Assembly: GCA_035084275.1 (NCBI GenBank)
Contig: CM068750.1
Location: 7,192,001-7,256,000 of the forward strand
Direction of reading: 5' to 3'
Origin: Hydrolagus colliei
Lineage: Eukaryota
DNA length: 64,000 bases
Positions 23,831 to 35,860 of this stretch are shown here, piece by piece. The notes under the pieces were generated by a model. It was not told the origin of the DNA. It ran no database searches and saw only the letters and a program-made list of their open reading frames with translations. The first letter of the stretch is position 1; each line of letters begins with the position of its first letter. Made by a program: the position numbers and the translations under genes.

Positions 23831-24534
23831 ATTCATCCATCTTCATATGGAAGGATTTTCTTTGCTGGTGTCTTGTTTTTGCAACTTAGGTATAAGAAAT
23901 GTCCGATTCATTTAATTCCTCTCCTCCACCAAAGTGAGAGGCTTGCACAGCTTGATGGGGGTGACAGAACTCGCCTAGAATCCATTAGTAAAGCATATCA
24001 GCAGCATGGGATCCCTAAATCCATCAACCAAGAATGTGACCAGTTAACAATAAGATTCCAAGATGGGACAATCAAACAAAAATACAGTAAATATCAGTTA
24101 AATTGTAATATGTTAATCCGATTATATTAAAAGGTTCTTCAGTTTATTTTAACAAAAAAAATTGAAATCTGGAAAAGATCTAAGTCGCATTTCTGAACAG
24201 AGACAGTGCTATATGCCAGCATTATTCCTCCACCCTCACTAAACTTTTTCAGGCATTGATCCAGATAGATCAGTTACCAAATCTGTCAAAATCTCCACTG
24301 AACTGTCATTCTGTTGAAGTACAGACCACAAGAAAAATGCACTGATCCACATGAACCCATGGCAGAAGCATCTGGTCTGTCAGCAAAATGATGGTGAATT
24401 TGTGACTAATGGCATCTGCATTTTTTTCAGGACTATTAGTATATTAGGATATGATTCTGTGTGTGGTCTCGTAAAATAACATTTGGCTGAAAAGAACGCA
24501 GAGATTCTAGTAGAGATTAAAGTGTAATAATTCC

Positions 24535-25055
24535 CCTGCTAGTTCAGTTAGCGAAGCTGCCGTATGCACACCCAAAAGGTCCCGGGTTCAATTCCTGATC
24601 TGCACTAAATTAATTGATTTGAGTGGGGACAGCTTTCGGTACACTGTAATTGTTTTCAGTGCCCCTTGGTCTGGTGAAAAGAAAAATCCTTCGCAGCTGT
24701 ACCCTAGGATGAGCAAACACCTCAGGAAACCGGAAGGGCTGGGGCAGGGGAGAAAAAATAAACATAGTACTGTACTGACTTTACAGAAATCTCTTAATAC
24801 TGGTCAACATTAGGCTCAGCACTGGGTTAGGGAGGCAAAAGTTCAGACAGGTTCAGATTACTATCCAGCAAACCTTGTTTGAAAGTGCATGTGTAAGTGT
24901 GTTAATGGACGTGATTGAGCTCTGATGCTATGTCCTTCCCAGTGGAATAATCCCTGATGCATGAATGCTAACCACTTGGATGAGGTGTTGGGAGAGGAAC
25001 CGTTGGCCATGGAACTATGTCCCAAAATACAAGGGGGGAAAGAAGTTGGATTGGG
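24535..25055 (+). mobile_element. Family C copy with tRNA-like head
   Basis: A-box-like tagttcagttagc, B-box gggttcaattcc, later atgaatgctaaccacttggatgagg...ccatggaactatg. Confidence 0.7.
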
Positions 25056-25869
25056 AATGTGCAAATCGAACATTCCTGATCTTTGTTCCTACTTCCAGAA
25101 TTTCAGTATCTCCATAGTGACCGACACTGGAAAGATCATTTCTACAGAAAACAGGTGGAATCCTTTAGTTCCCACCTATGTGTCGGAAAACATTTTATTT
25201 CGCAGAATTTGTGAGGAAGTCCTACTTTCAATGGACCTGTTGCGTGACTGTGAAACACATTAAAACCTCTGATCAGTACACTCTAAGAATGGCAAAATAG
25301 AACAGCACATGTTGCAATGGTATGAGTGCAAAACGCCAATATCCTTCTGCAAAACAACTTGCTCTCAGCAGAAACAGATTGAGCTGAATTACAGACAGCA
25401 TATGTCTGGTAATTGTTGCTGCTCCATTTACCACCACTTGTTTTTGATACTTGCTAAAATAACTTATTCATTTTCAACTTCATTGTTGTTTCTCTCCTTC
25501 CATGTTTTTCACTTACAAGTAGCCATAATCTCACATGTGACCCTTAACAGCGAGTGTGGGCACTCACTCTGTCAACCTGTGGGGGCATTACAGATGTGAC
25601 TGCTTTTGTCATTACTTGACTCCCGCACACTTAGCTCCATTTGGCCCATCTAACTATCTACTTCCACAACCACGCAAAACCTACACTACCGTGAACATTA
25701 CTACACCCACTCCATTTCCTGGGGGAAAAGTATTGCACAGATACTCTTTGAACCCAAAGGCAATGAAGCCAAGTTCCTGTATACCTTCCATCCTCACATC
25801 TTCACTATTCAGTCAACATCCTTCCCTCCTTCCATCGACAGCATTGGCCCCCAACCCTAATCAATTTCT

Positions 25870-26075
25870 ACAATCATATTATTCTCTTATTTTTACATTT
25901 TGTCTTATCCTTGCCAAGGTCAATTGACTACCAGTACATTAGAGCCCTTCACTGCAATCCTCAACCTCGACTCATTCAACTCTAGTCAATTGCAGGTTCC
26001 ACATTCCCTTCACTCCACTGTTCAAAAAACCTTTTAAACCTTTCACCACTAGCTCCCTGTCCTCTAAAAGCTCGG
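25870..26075 (-). mobile_element. Degraded CR1 3' region
   Basis: gttccacattcccttcactccactgttcaaaaaacc resembles the reverse of the CR1 ORF2 end (FFxQRVVxxWN). Confidence 0.45.
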
Positions 26076-26164
26076 CTCAAAAATATATGTCACTGCCTTC
26101 AAAACCTGCTAAAAACATATTTATTTCACTGCGTCAACATCTTTGAATGACTTGTTTCTGGATT

Positions 26165-26243
26165 GTTGTGCACCATTTATCAACCTCTTTGAGATGTTCT
26201 TTTACATGTAAAAGTACTGCAGAAATGTAAGCTGCTGTTGTTT
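26165..26243 (+). mobile_element. L2-type 3' tail remnant
   Basis: ctctttgagatgttc...catgtaaaag...aaatgtaagctgctgttgtt. Confidence 0.55.
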
Positions 26244-27919
26244 TGATCAAAGAGCTATGCCTTAATGTCACCGCATGGATAGATTTTAAAGTAGGGGTTC
26301 TGTAATGCTTACCATATCTACATGGGAATTAACTTAGCTTTTCAGGAATTTCAGAGGGAGCTTTACCAAAAATCATTTTTTTTGTTAGCTCAAGAAAACT
26401 AAATGTTTGTGATGAGCTGGTCAGGTGGGCACTATTAGTTGTAGTCGCCTCTGCTTTCTTTCTACAGAGACTTTTATGCTGTTATAACTTTGATGTTTTG
26501 ACCCAGCAATACACATCAGCTATATCTTTTTTATTTTTATTCTTCTTGTACAGTATCAAGAAAGGCAGAGAAGAAACTCACATGGCACATGCTCTGTCAA
26601 TGTATAAACAGGGCTCCGATAGGGAAGAGTGAAATTCAAATGTTTGGTTGGACACAAACCAAGATAATCTAGATTTCTTCCTCAAAAAATATCCCCAGGT
26701 TCTAAAACACAATTCCTGGCGGAAATAATTTCCTTGCTGGTATTTTCTGCAGGACTGAGCGATAGTAAGAAGCATTAATGAGTGCACTCCAAAAATCTAT
26801 GAAGCATACAACACCTAAAATTCAATAGATTGGGTTCGAGCAAGGTCACTCTGCCCTAAGGTCAGGTCAGGTTTGGACCAAGATGCTGACAGTCTCTGAC
26901 AGCCAAAACGGAAACCCAATCATTTCTGAGGAAAGACACCACTAATGAGCCACAAGCGATCTGTGGTTCCCTGATGCAGAAGTACCAAAACAACAGAGTT
27001 TATGAAGTGTGCTCTGCCTCCATCAGATTATACTCATGCCCGGTAATGAATGGAGTTCTTGAAAATGCTGATATTTTAGCTTATGATGGTGGGTTCAAGA
27101 CAATCAGGTCAGTTTTAGGCTGGTCTTGTTGATGATGTTAGCAGGTTGAGGATATGAGGCTCAGCCAATAATGGAATGGAGTAAAGAAACGTTACCACAG
27201 TTGGGTACAGATTAGTTCAGACCTCTCTTGGCAAAGACATTACTATCCATTTTAACCATTTGAAAAGACGGCAAAAATTGAAACCACAGCAGCTATAGTC
27301 AGATTGCCAAAAAGGGTGTTAAATAATATAAAGCCATATCTGGAACAATGTACAATGTACAATAACTACTCATGGGGCTAGCTTCCAACAAAAGGTCAAT
27401 GATATCAGTCGAAGGGTTGAAGGCAAAGGTAAAACATTTCATCTGCAGAACATTTACAGTTCATTCGACATAATTCAATGGCTTTTGGACTCCTTCATGC
27501 TTTTTAATCAAATGCACCAGTGCTAGCGAGTTTAAATGCTTGTTACTGACACCCCAATTTTAAGGAAATCAACACTTATACTATTTGATATACTTTCACA
27601 GAGGAAAATGACATCACAATTCCAGATCAAAAACAACAACTTTCATTTATATAGCAGGCTACACTACCCATTTGTCCATAGAACTACTATTTGTAGTATA
27701 TCTTGTAATATATCTTGAGGCATAATCAACCGCAGCCAGCTTTGCATGAAGGCTTTCAAGGATATTTGAAATTATAACCCCAGTTTTGAAAATTTGCATC
27801 TACGTTTATATAATGCAGCATATTCATTTTAATGTCACCAATTTGTAGTGAAGGTATTCAGGAATCAGAGCAGGGTAAATGACTCAGACCAGAGGTGTGA
27901 TTCTATGGGTTCTGTAAGA

Positions 27920-28175
27920 TGTTAGGAACATATGAACAGGAGTAGACCATTCAGCTCTTTGAGCCTGTTCTGCCATTCAATCAGATGATGGCCGATCTGT
28001 GCCTCAACTAATCCTGTCAATTCCAATTTCCCACTTTTTCTCCATATCCGTTCATTTCCTGACCTACCAAAAATCTATCAACCTCACTCCTAAAATTGTG
28101 GATGGATTCACAACATTTTTGGGGAGAAAGTTCCAGATTTCTATCACCGTTTAAGTGAAACAGTGCTTCCTGTTT
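27920..28175 (-). mobile_element. CR1 LINE 3' end
   Basis: gaacaggagtagaccattcagctctttgagcctgttctgccattcaat is the reverse of the terminus at 31120-31260; gttccagatttctatcacc encodes the ORF2 end. Confidence 0.85.
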
Positions 28176-31119
28176 TTAACATAAAAAGAAAGTCAAGTGT
28201 TTCTAATGGTTTTATTTCACCTTGAATAAAGCTTGAAGCTACAAAATCACCAGCATCATAAATTACTGCAATGTGATCTTCTTCAGCTGACTATTGAATA
28301 ATTCGGAATCCTGTAGTAGCCTCAATTTATTCATTTATTAACACTTCAATTCTCATCTCAGTATTTTGACTGGCCTACTCAACTACACAAAGCGATCATT
28401 TAAAAAACAGGGTTGAATTAATCCGCCACACAGGCTCATTGTTGCTTTCATTCCACGTTTTACCTTGATCTTATTGATTTCATGCATCTTGTACAATCAA
28501 TAGGAATCTAAGCGCTTAATTTGAATTACTGCATGGCTATTTTCTGTGTTGCAGCGCAATCTTACAGCCTACAACATGCTGTGATCAATTGGCCACTGTT
28601 CAGATGCAACATTTGATGGCATGAATTCGACCCAGTCAGAGCAGTAACTGGTTGATGAATCATCCACATGAGCTGAACAATTGTCCACATATTAAAACAG
28701 TCTTAATTGGAATCCCCTTTGATCTAAGAGAGTTCTATAAACCTCTAGCACAGAACGTCAGAAAAACAATTGAAGAATAATCGGCTATCCGAGTACATGT
28801 ATTTTGCTGATTAATTTAAATCACAAGCTGTGGCTCAAGATTTATACTTGTTAATACATGTGGGCATTTTGACTGTTCAACAAATTTGGCCTTTCACTTA
28901 CGCTTCACATTGTTGGTAATATTGCCACATTTCAGAAAGATGACACTTTTCTTTAACAATGGAGACGTACATGGGCAATTATGTCCAGTGTAAAATGTTA
29001 TCATCAGCATCACAGATGTTGCCAGCATACCAACCATTCATTCCAAAGATTTTGCAGATTGGATATAAACAACAACAAAATTAAATTTGGATAATTCCTA
29101 TGACAAAATAGTTGAGCTATCATTGAAAGATAGAAGCTCCCTTTCTGCTAGTAATGTTTTTAAATCAATATCTTGATGTAGATGTAGATGTAGGTTGGCC
29201 AGTGCACATGTTGGGACAGAGCTGGAGTTTTAAAAAAGCCAAAACCTCATCAATTGTCAATGTGGGCACTGTCTGACAAGCATTTCATTACTTATCCAGT
29301 TGGATCACTCTACCCTTTAGAGTGTGGGCTTGCTAAGGGTTATAGGAGACAAGTGGGGAGAATCCCTACCATTCCAGGTCCGCCAATGATTCAGGTTAGC
29401 TGGTTTGTCATCAATAGCGCATTGGAGTGCTGCAGACCTGCCTGGACAAGGAACCAACAACTAACACCATCATAACCTCTACCCCCACCAGTCCCCACCA
29501 TCACCTCCACCCATATAGTCACAACATGAACATTTCAACATGTAAACATTACAGATTTCATCCTTATCATATTTTTCTCAAAAGTGTTTTAATGACAGCC
29601 TGTTAAATCACTGGAAAGTATCCAGATCTTTAAATGACACCTAATATATCTAAAAAGCCTGCGTGAATGAGATAAAGCCTCACAGTCTCTCGCTGTTTCA
29701 CAGGGCACAAGTATTGGTCTATTTTCAGCATCACAATAGGGCAGCACCAAAATAGCAGCACTTGTGAATTATCAAAGCTTTATCATCCCTTAATTCAAAG
29801 AAAGTTTTCAAAATCTCACAGCAAAGTTTGAAACTCATTAGAAAGCATTACCTCTATCTCATATTTGATGAGAGAGACCCTGTCACTGGCTCAGGTCCAA
29901 ATATCTTCGCATAGGTAATGAAGTCAAAATTATATCCAGTCCTTGATTATCATTCTATAACACAGAAGGCTTCACAATGTTCCCCACTTCTTAAGAAACA
30001 AGCAACTAAACAATCAAAGAAAATACATTTTCTTAATGAATTTCCTAAGGACTTTATCTCATTAGCCTTGGCTGCCTTACAGATAAGAGACATACAGCAA
30101 ACTTTTTGTAAACTGCTTTGAAACCAAAATCCAAGTTCCCACACTTCAGAAAACAGTGTCCATTCCAGACACATGGTCACACTTTGCATGCAACAGTTAG
30201 ATGATGCAGTTCGCTAATATGTTTGAGAAAGGTAGTTAATTAAGAGTGGATACCATATCTTGCATTTTCCAGCAGTCCACCTCATCAAAGGAAAACGAGT
30301 GCATATTGAAGGAAGCAAGCAATTAAGTTGCACAAATAGTGAGCTCATTGAACTGCAGCTGACTTTTATCATGTCAAAGACCATCTAAACACAGAAGCAA
30401 TAAAATGATTGTTTCCATGGTTACCACTGAGAACTGACTGCAATAAAGATGGATTGCTTCCTAAATCAATGTTACTGATTCTATGTACCCAGAAACCATT
30501 AAAAAATATTTTTTGACATAAATGTAGCATCTAAACTATGTTGATGTCTCTTTGATGAATGTAAAATATTATTACTGTTTCAGAGGTTTAACATTGGATA
30601 TTGCTTCAGTTTGGAGATTAATGCCGTCCGTGCATTCTGTACGCGACTTGGGAGCCAGTTCTGAAGTAGTCTCTGGTGGCTGGGTGCTGCTGGGATCCAA
30701 GAACAAAGACTGGGAACTTACTGCGGTACACAGAACCACATGGGGACTGCTCAGGGCTCTTTTCGTCTGTTTTTAAATCTGTAGCTTCACTACCAGGGGG
30801 TTAAATGAGCTCACTGTTTTTGCAACTTTTGTTGTAACAGAACTGAATTCACGGCAATAACATGGAATCCACGCATGTGCAAGAGGTGTACCTACCCACC
30901 CCAATCAGGAATTGTAACTTCATTTCTAGCCATGAACTCTTCTCCAGTCTCCAGGGAAATTCTGAGCAGGTCACCAGTGATGAAACTCCACTGCTGGCCT
31001 GTGTGGGCATAAACCTGTGTGGTCATAAACCTGTGTGGGCGCTCAACCCTACCACAAGCAGAAAAATAAATACAACTAACATAGGTAGTGATCATGGAAG
31101 AATCATACTGCCTCTCCAT

Positions 31120-31260
31120 GGATAAAGGGATTAAGGGAAATCGGAATAAGGCGGGTAGGTGGAGTTAGATTAGAAGATCAGCCATGATCTTATTGAATGG
31201 CAGGGCAGGCTCGAGGGGCCGAATGGCCTACTCCTGCTCCTAATTCTCATATTCTTATGA
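31120..31260 (+). mobile_element. CR1 LINE 3' end
   Basis: gatcagccatgatcttattgaatggcagggcaggctcgaggggccgaatggcctactcctgctcctaattc with an attct(c/t)at tail. Confidence 0.9.
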
Positions 31261-31299
31261 TTTTGTTGCTCTAAAAATGGAATATACTGTATATAGTCA

Positions 31300-31406
31300 C
31301 CTTTTTCCCGCTCCCCTTGGCTCAGGTCCAGGCTCCGTTATTGTGAAGTGCTCTGAGATGCCGTCCGGCATGGAGTGCGCTTTATAAATCTAAGCTGTTG
31401 TTGTTA
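31300..31406 (+). mobile_element. L2 3' end
   Basis: gtgaagtgctctgagatg...gcgctttataaatctaagctgttgttgtt. Confidence 0.75.
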
Positions 31407-31587
31407 TGAGTTCAGGTAAATGAGTTTCATTTACATAGCAACTCTACCATTGGTGGGAATGGTATATACACATGATACAAGTCCTATTATGCTCAATAAT
31501 TTGAAAGGAGCAATGGATGATGTTTTTCTCACTTCATGGCTCTCTTTATATATTTCCCTACGAAATGTTACAGCAAAACATCCTATT

Positions 31588-31648
31588 AAGCACCTTCAGA
31601 CATTTCAAAGGTATGATAAGGCACTACATCAAATGCAAATAATAATAA
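31588..31648 (+). mobile_element. SINE tail remnant
   Basis: cagacatttcaaaggtatgataaggcactacatcaaatgcaa. Confidence 0.6.
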
Positions 31649-31899
31649 TAATCCTTGCATTTGATATAGCGCTTTTCACATCTGCTAGATGTTTCAAAGT
31701 GCTTTATAGAATATACTGTAAAGTGAACTGACTGTATATTTGTGGGTGAAATGCAGCAGCCAATTACGCACAGCAGAGTCCCACAAACAGTCGTAGATTG
31801 AGTGACCAAATTTTATTGGTTTTGTTTTGAGGGCTTATCATTAGGCTTGTGGAGTAAGGAAACTTGCCCAAGGTTTCGCCCTGCCTGGAATCTAACCCA
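31640..31899 (-). mobile_element. SINE family A, 5'-truncated, short variant
   Basis: Colinear with 2921-3173 and 46429-46733; ends just past the B-box. Confidence 0.9.
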
Positions 31900-32111
31900 T
31901 CGACATAAATGTTCACATACATAAACAATGTCTGTGAGCATGGTGAATTTGTGAGAGTCCCAAACTGTTTTCAGAGAACGGTGTACTGTACACCTCAAAA
32001 GTAGGTCACATCCTTCCGTAACAACATCCACTATAATTTTATTTCCCAACCAAACATATTTGTAATAAACTTTACAATTGTAAAGATCAGTATAAAAACT
32101 CAAAAGTATTG

Positions 32112-32210
32112 TGGACCCAGGCTGAGATCAATGAACTCAGCACAAACCTGACATCTTGGTCAATATCTCACCATTATACAAGTTATGTAATTAGCCTTTT
32201 AGGGAGCTCA
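32112..32210 (-). mobile_element. Family C head fragment
   Basis: ggctgagatcaatgaactcagcacaaacc. Confidence 0.55.
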
Positions 32211-32371
32211 ACTTCAGTGTCTTACTGTATATTCTAAATAACTGGTAATAGTGTACATAAACTTCTGACTTTTTTTGCGGAGTTGATCACTGGAATCAAT
32301 TAATTAAGGATCAATCCATCCTTAATCTTAATGAAAATTTTCTTTTCATTGTTCTCCCTATTCACAGAATT

Positions 32372-33660
32372 ACAACAACAAGAACAACAAAATTCCACTT
32401 GTATAGTGCCTTTCACGTTGGGAGAATGTCCCAAGCCGCTGGACAGTCAATGTTTCAGACCCAAGCTGGGTTGGGATTGGGGAGGTTGCAGGGAAAGGAG
32501 GGGTTGGGGTGACCGATGGAACCATCGAAGATGAGGTTCATGAGGTGGGACTTGAAGGAAGCTAGCAAAGGGATTTAAAGGTGAGGACCAGGATCTTGAA
32601 TTGAATTCTCTGAGTGATGGGGAGCGAATGGAGTTGTGCGAAAATGGAGGAGATGCTGTCACAGAGCTTGGTGTAGGAGAGGACACAGGCTTCAGAGTTC
32701 TGGATCATCTGCAGCTTATGGAAGGAGGAGTTGGGAAGGCTGACAAGCAGGGCATTGGCATAATCGAGCCTGGATGTGATGAAGGCATGAATGAGAGTTT
32801 CAGCGGCCAGAGGGGTGTCATAGTAGTGGAGTCGGGCAAGTGAGGTGAGGGAAAGCAGAGAGGTTCATGGCTTGGATGTGGGGGAGGAAAGCCAGTTGAA
32901 GATCATGAGGGCCTCAGTCCTGGACTTGATGTCTGACAAGCCTTAATGTCTGACCAGGACTTGATGTCTGACAGGCAGTCTGTGAGGACAGCAGTGGTCC
33001 TGGAATCGAGGGTAGAGGCAGAAAGATAGAATTGGGTATCATCCTCACACATGTGGAAGTTGACCCCATGTCTGCAGATGATGTCATCAAGATGGAGCAT
33101 GTAGATATTGAAAAGTAGGGGGGCCCAAAGACAGATCCCTGGGGGACGACCCAAGAACAGATCCCTGGGGGACGCCACAGGTAACAATGTGGAGGCTGGA
33201 GGAGAAGCCGGTGGTGGTGACAAAATGGAGACGGTGAGAGAGGTAAGAGTCGAACGCAAGGGCAGGGCCATGAAGATTGAGGAGGGAGGAGAGATGGTGC
33301 AGGAGGATGGAGTGGTCAACGTTGTCGAAGGCAGCAGAGAGGTCAAGGAGGACAAGGAGGCAGAGAAAGCCCTGATCACAGATGTTTAAAATGTCATTAG
33401 AGACTTTAACCGGGGCTGTCTCCATGCTATGAGCAGCATGGAAGCCGGATTGTAGGGGTTCAAAGAGGGAATGGCAAGAAAGGAAGGAGCGAAGCTGGGG
33501 CGCAACAACTCATTCCGAGGCTTTGTGTAGGAATGGAAGGTTGGAGATGGGGTAGTAACTGTAGAGTAGGGATGGGTCCAGGGAAGATTTTTTCAGGATG
33601 GGGGTGATGACAGCTGCTTTTACAGGAGTGGGAACAGTGCTGGTGGATAAGGAGAGCTTG
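32372..33660 (-). mobile_element. L2 LINE, 5'-truncated, with frameshifted RT pseudogene
   Basis: LLVLLDLSAAFDNVDHSILL, GVPQGSVLG, NFHMCEDDTQFY (YADD motif mutated), YYPISNLPFL; (TTG)n tail at 32372. Confidence 0.95.
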
Positions 33661-33663
33661 ATG

Positions 33664-33718
33664 AACAACAACAAATTACACTTGTATAGTGCCCTTCATA
33701 TCGGAAAGATGTCCCAAC
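33664..33718 (-). mobile_element. L2 3' tail
   Basis: aacaacaacaaattacacttgtatagtgcccttcatatcggaaagatgtcccaa. Confidence 0.75.
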
Positions 33719-33749
33719 AGAACAATGACATCGCGTTTTACAGCATGAA

Positions 33750-33955
33750 AACAGGCAATTTGGCCCAACTAGACTGTGCTGGGGTTTATATTCCACACAA
33801 GCCTCCACCCTTCCTAATCCCCTCTCCCACATCCCTCCATTCACTTCTCAAGTATGAATCAAGTTTCTTCTTAAATACATTGTTGTTTTCTGTTTCAGCC
33901 GCACCATCCGGCATTCTCACCACTCATCTACACAAAAGTTCCTTTTGAGTCTAAC
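33750..33955 (-). mobile_element. Degraded CR1 3' end
   Basis: aggcaatttggccc at left; tttcttcttaaat, attctcaccactc and aaaagttcc are typical of the reverse CR1 ORF2 end. Confidence 0.6.
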
Positions 33956-33989
33956 ATGGCAAATCTTTACCCAGCAGTGTGGGAGAATA

Positions 33990-34700
33990 GGATTCAGTGC
34001 CTCATGTAGAATCAAGATTAAGTTCAACTCCCGATCTAATTATAGTTTTAGCTGCAACAAACAACAGTTCATTTCTAGATGGCTTGGCTCAGGGATATTC
34101 ATCTACCAATTCACAAGTTTTGAAAAGTGTCATCGGATCTTCAATGTCCATCTCAAATCTTTCAACAAGTTATTAAATGTAGCTCATTCTGATAGGATTG
34201 CAGCACTTCTGTTTGTGGACAATATTGTAATGCGAGTGGACTCACCTGGGGACTTTTTACGCTGGAAACGCCATCTTGAACACTGGACCAACCAGTGGGA
34301 CATGGTGATGATGCCCCAAAGTGCAGAATTATGGCTCCAGAAAAGACATCAAGGTTATTGATTGGAAGATTCAAGGGCAATGGCAGCAGAAAGCGCTCAT
34401 CTCTCTTCAAGGATACCAAGACTTGGTTGTTGCCAATCTAAGCCTAATAATTTCCGGAATTAGGTAAGCAGGATATGACCTTCCAGGGAGAGAGTGCGTA
34501 CTCCATTCCAAAAATAAATTTCTGCAATTTCCATGTATAGGTGGGATACCTGGTTTGGACATTCTTAAGCATGGCGATGGGTTTCCAGATGTGTCCGACA
34601 ATGGGCTGACCCCCCCAAAATGCAACTTGTTTAGAGTTCTATTTTATAAGGTTTTGTGTGATTATATCCATGGTTGTGGTCCTGTTGAGTTCAATAAAAA
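33990..34700 (+). pseudogene. Degraded non-LTR reverse transcriptase, RTE-group-like, copy 1
   Basis: GLAQGYS (frameshifted), IFNVHL, RIAALLFVDNIVMRVDSPGDF...LEHWTNQWDMVMMP correspond to RT motifs B and C (FADD degenerated to FVDN) and the following helix. Confidence 0.7.
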
Positions 34701-34939
34701 TAGTTTTGATTGCAATAAGGGGCAGGGCAAGGGGGATGGGAGTGGACACAAGTCAGTGAGACTGCCAGTGTCCATGTGGTTTGGCCACTACAGACGCTTC
34801 TTCTCTCTCTTGCTAGTGAAGCCGCCCACAACATAAATGAACAGTTTCATCAGCAGGAAGGAAAAATCCCAAATCTTCAGAAGTGCTTTTCAAAGTGGCT
34901 CTTTACTGCATGCGAGGTATAAATGACATCACCCACAGC

Positions 34940-35150
34940 ATGAGCACAGTATTGCTCTTTGACCTTTGAGGCCTGGCCTTAATTTCAGTCCAGACAAATG
35001 GAATGAAAGTTTCTCTCCATCAGCTGTAATGGTTCTAAGTATAATGAGCTTGGGCAGTCTCAGCCCATTTCCTGATGGTCATGAGTCAACTACGCAAAAA
35101 AACTGGCCAAATGTTAGCATTTGATGACCCTCAAAGAGGCCTTACATGCC
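34940..35150 (+). mobile_element. LF-SINE-like ancient SINE fragment
   Basis: tttcagtccagac...atgaaagtttctctccatc...aatgagcttgggcagtctcagcccatttcctgatgg follows the motif order recalled for the LF-SINE consensus. Confidence 0.55.
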
Positions 35151-35194
35151 TCTGGTGGGAAGTACAAAGATGCCCTATTGGTACAGTAGTTAAT

Positions 35195-35540
35195 GTTCTT
35201 CTAAGGTTTGTTTTTTTCCAGCCAATTTTCTCCTCCGCTCACCAAGGTATTTACACACACTGGGATACTGGCCGCCCTCTAGTAACTCTTTAAAGAGCCT
35301 GATCCTCTCCTCGCCCAATGTCGGCACACGTGCATTTTCCAAATGGAATCACTGGTTTGCAATTAGGAGCAGGAAATCCCGAGACCAGGGGGCGTTGAAA
35401 CCAATTATAGCACTCCAACTGTTGCCCTTCTGAGAACAACTAACTCAGTACAGACTTTACACTTACAGTACAGATGTGAATCTAAAACCTTATGGTCTTT
35501 ATAGCTAAGTGATATCCCAGGGCTTTACTGGCCAGGTTGT
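35195..35540 (-). mobile_element. Family C copy
   Basis: gagcctgatcctctcctcgcccaatgtc...aggagcaggaa...ccaattatagcac...aactaactcagtacagac. Confidence 0.75.
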
Positions 35541-35736
35541 CAAGAAAGGATGCTACTCCCTCAACCCACCCCCCACTCTCTTCCCCCAAGGCTGTGGTTA
35601 AAATGTGTTGGGGTTTACTCAGCATTTAGCCGAGCAGGAAGGGCTTGATTTGATTGTGGGCTTGGAAAGTATCAAATGTTCCATTCTCCAACACAGACAT
35701 TTCTGACTGCTATGAAATATATATGTGAATCTTTTA

Positions 35737-35860
35737 GACAATAACAACAAATTATGTTTGTATAGCACCTTTCAGGTCAGGAGGACGTCCCAAGGCTCTG
35801 AAGAGTCAGGTGGTGGTTGGGATCAGGAGGGATTGACCGCGGAGAGGGCAGGGGCTAGCA
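35737..35860 (-). mobile_element. L2 3' end
   Basis: aacaacaaattatgtttgtatagcacctttcaggtcaggaggacgtcccaagg. Confidence 0.8.

Noticed and set aside
26553-26790. Strong plus-strand acceptor and 69-aa minus ORF as a coding exon
   Set aside because: The plus-strand frames I followed close soon after the acceptor, no suitable donor was found and the peptides resemble nothing I recognise
32903-33425. RT-like ORFs as a functional or domesticated gene
   Set aside because: Frameshifts, tandem duplications, a mutated catalytic motif (CEDD) and an internal deletion indicate a dead L2 copy
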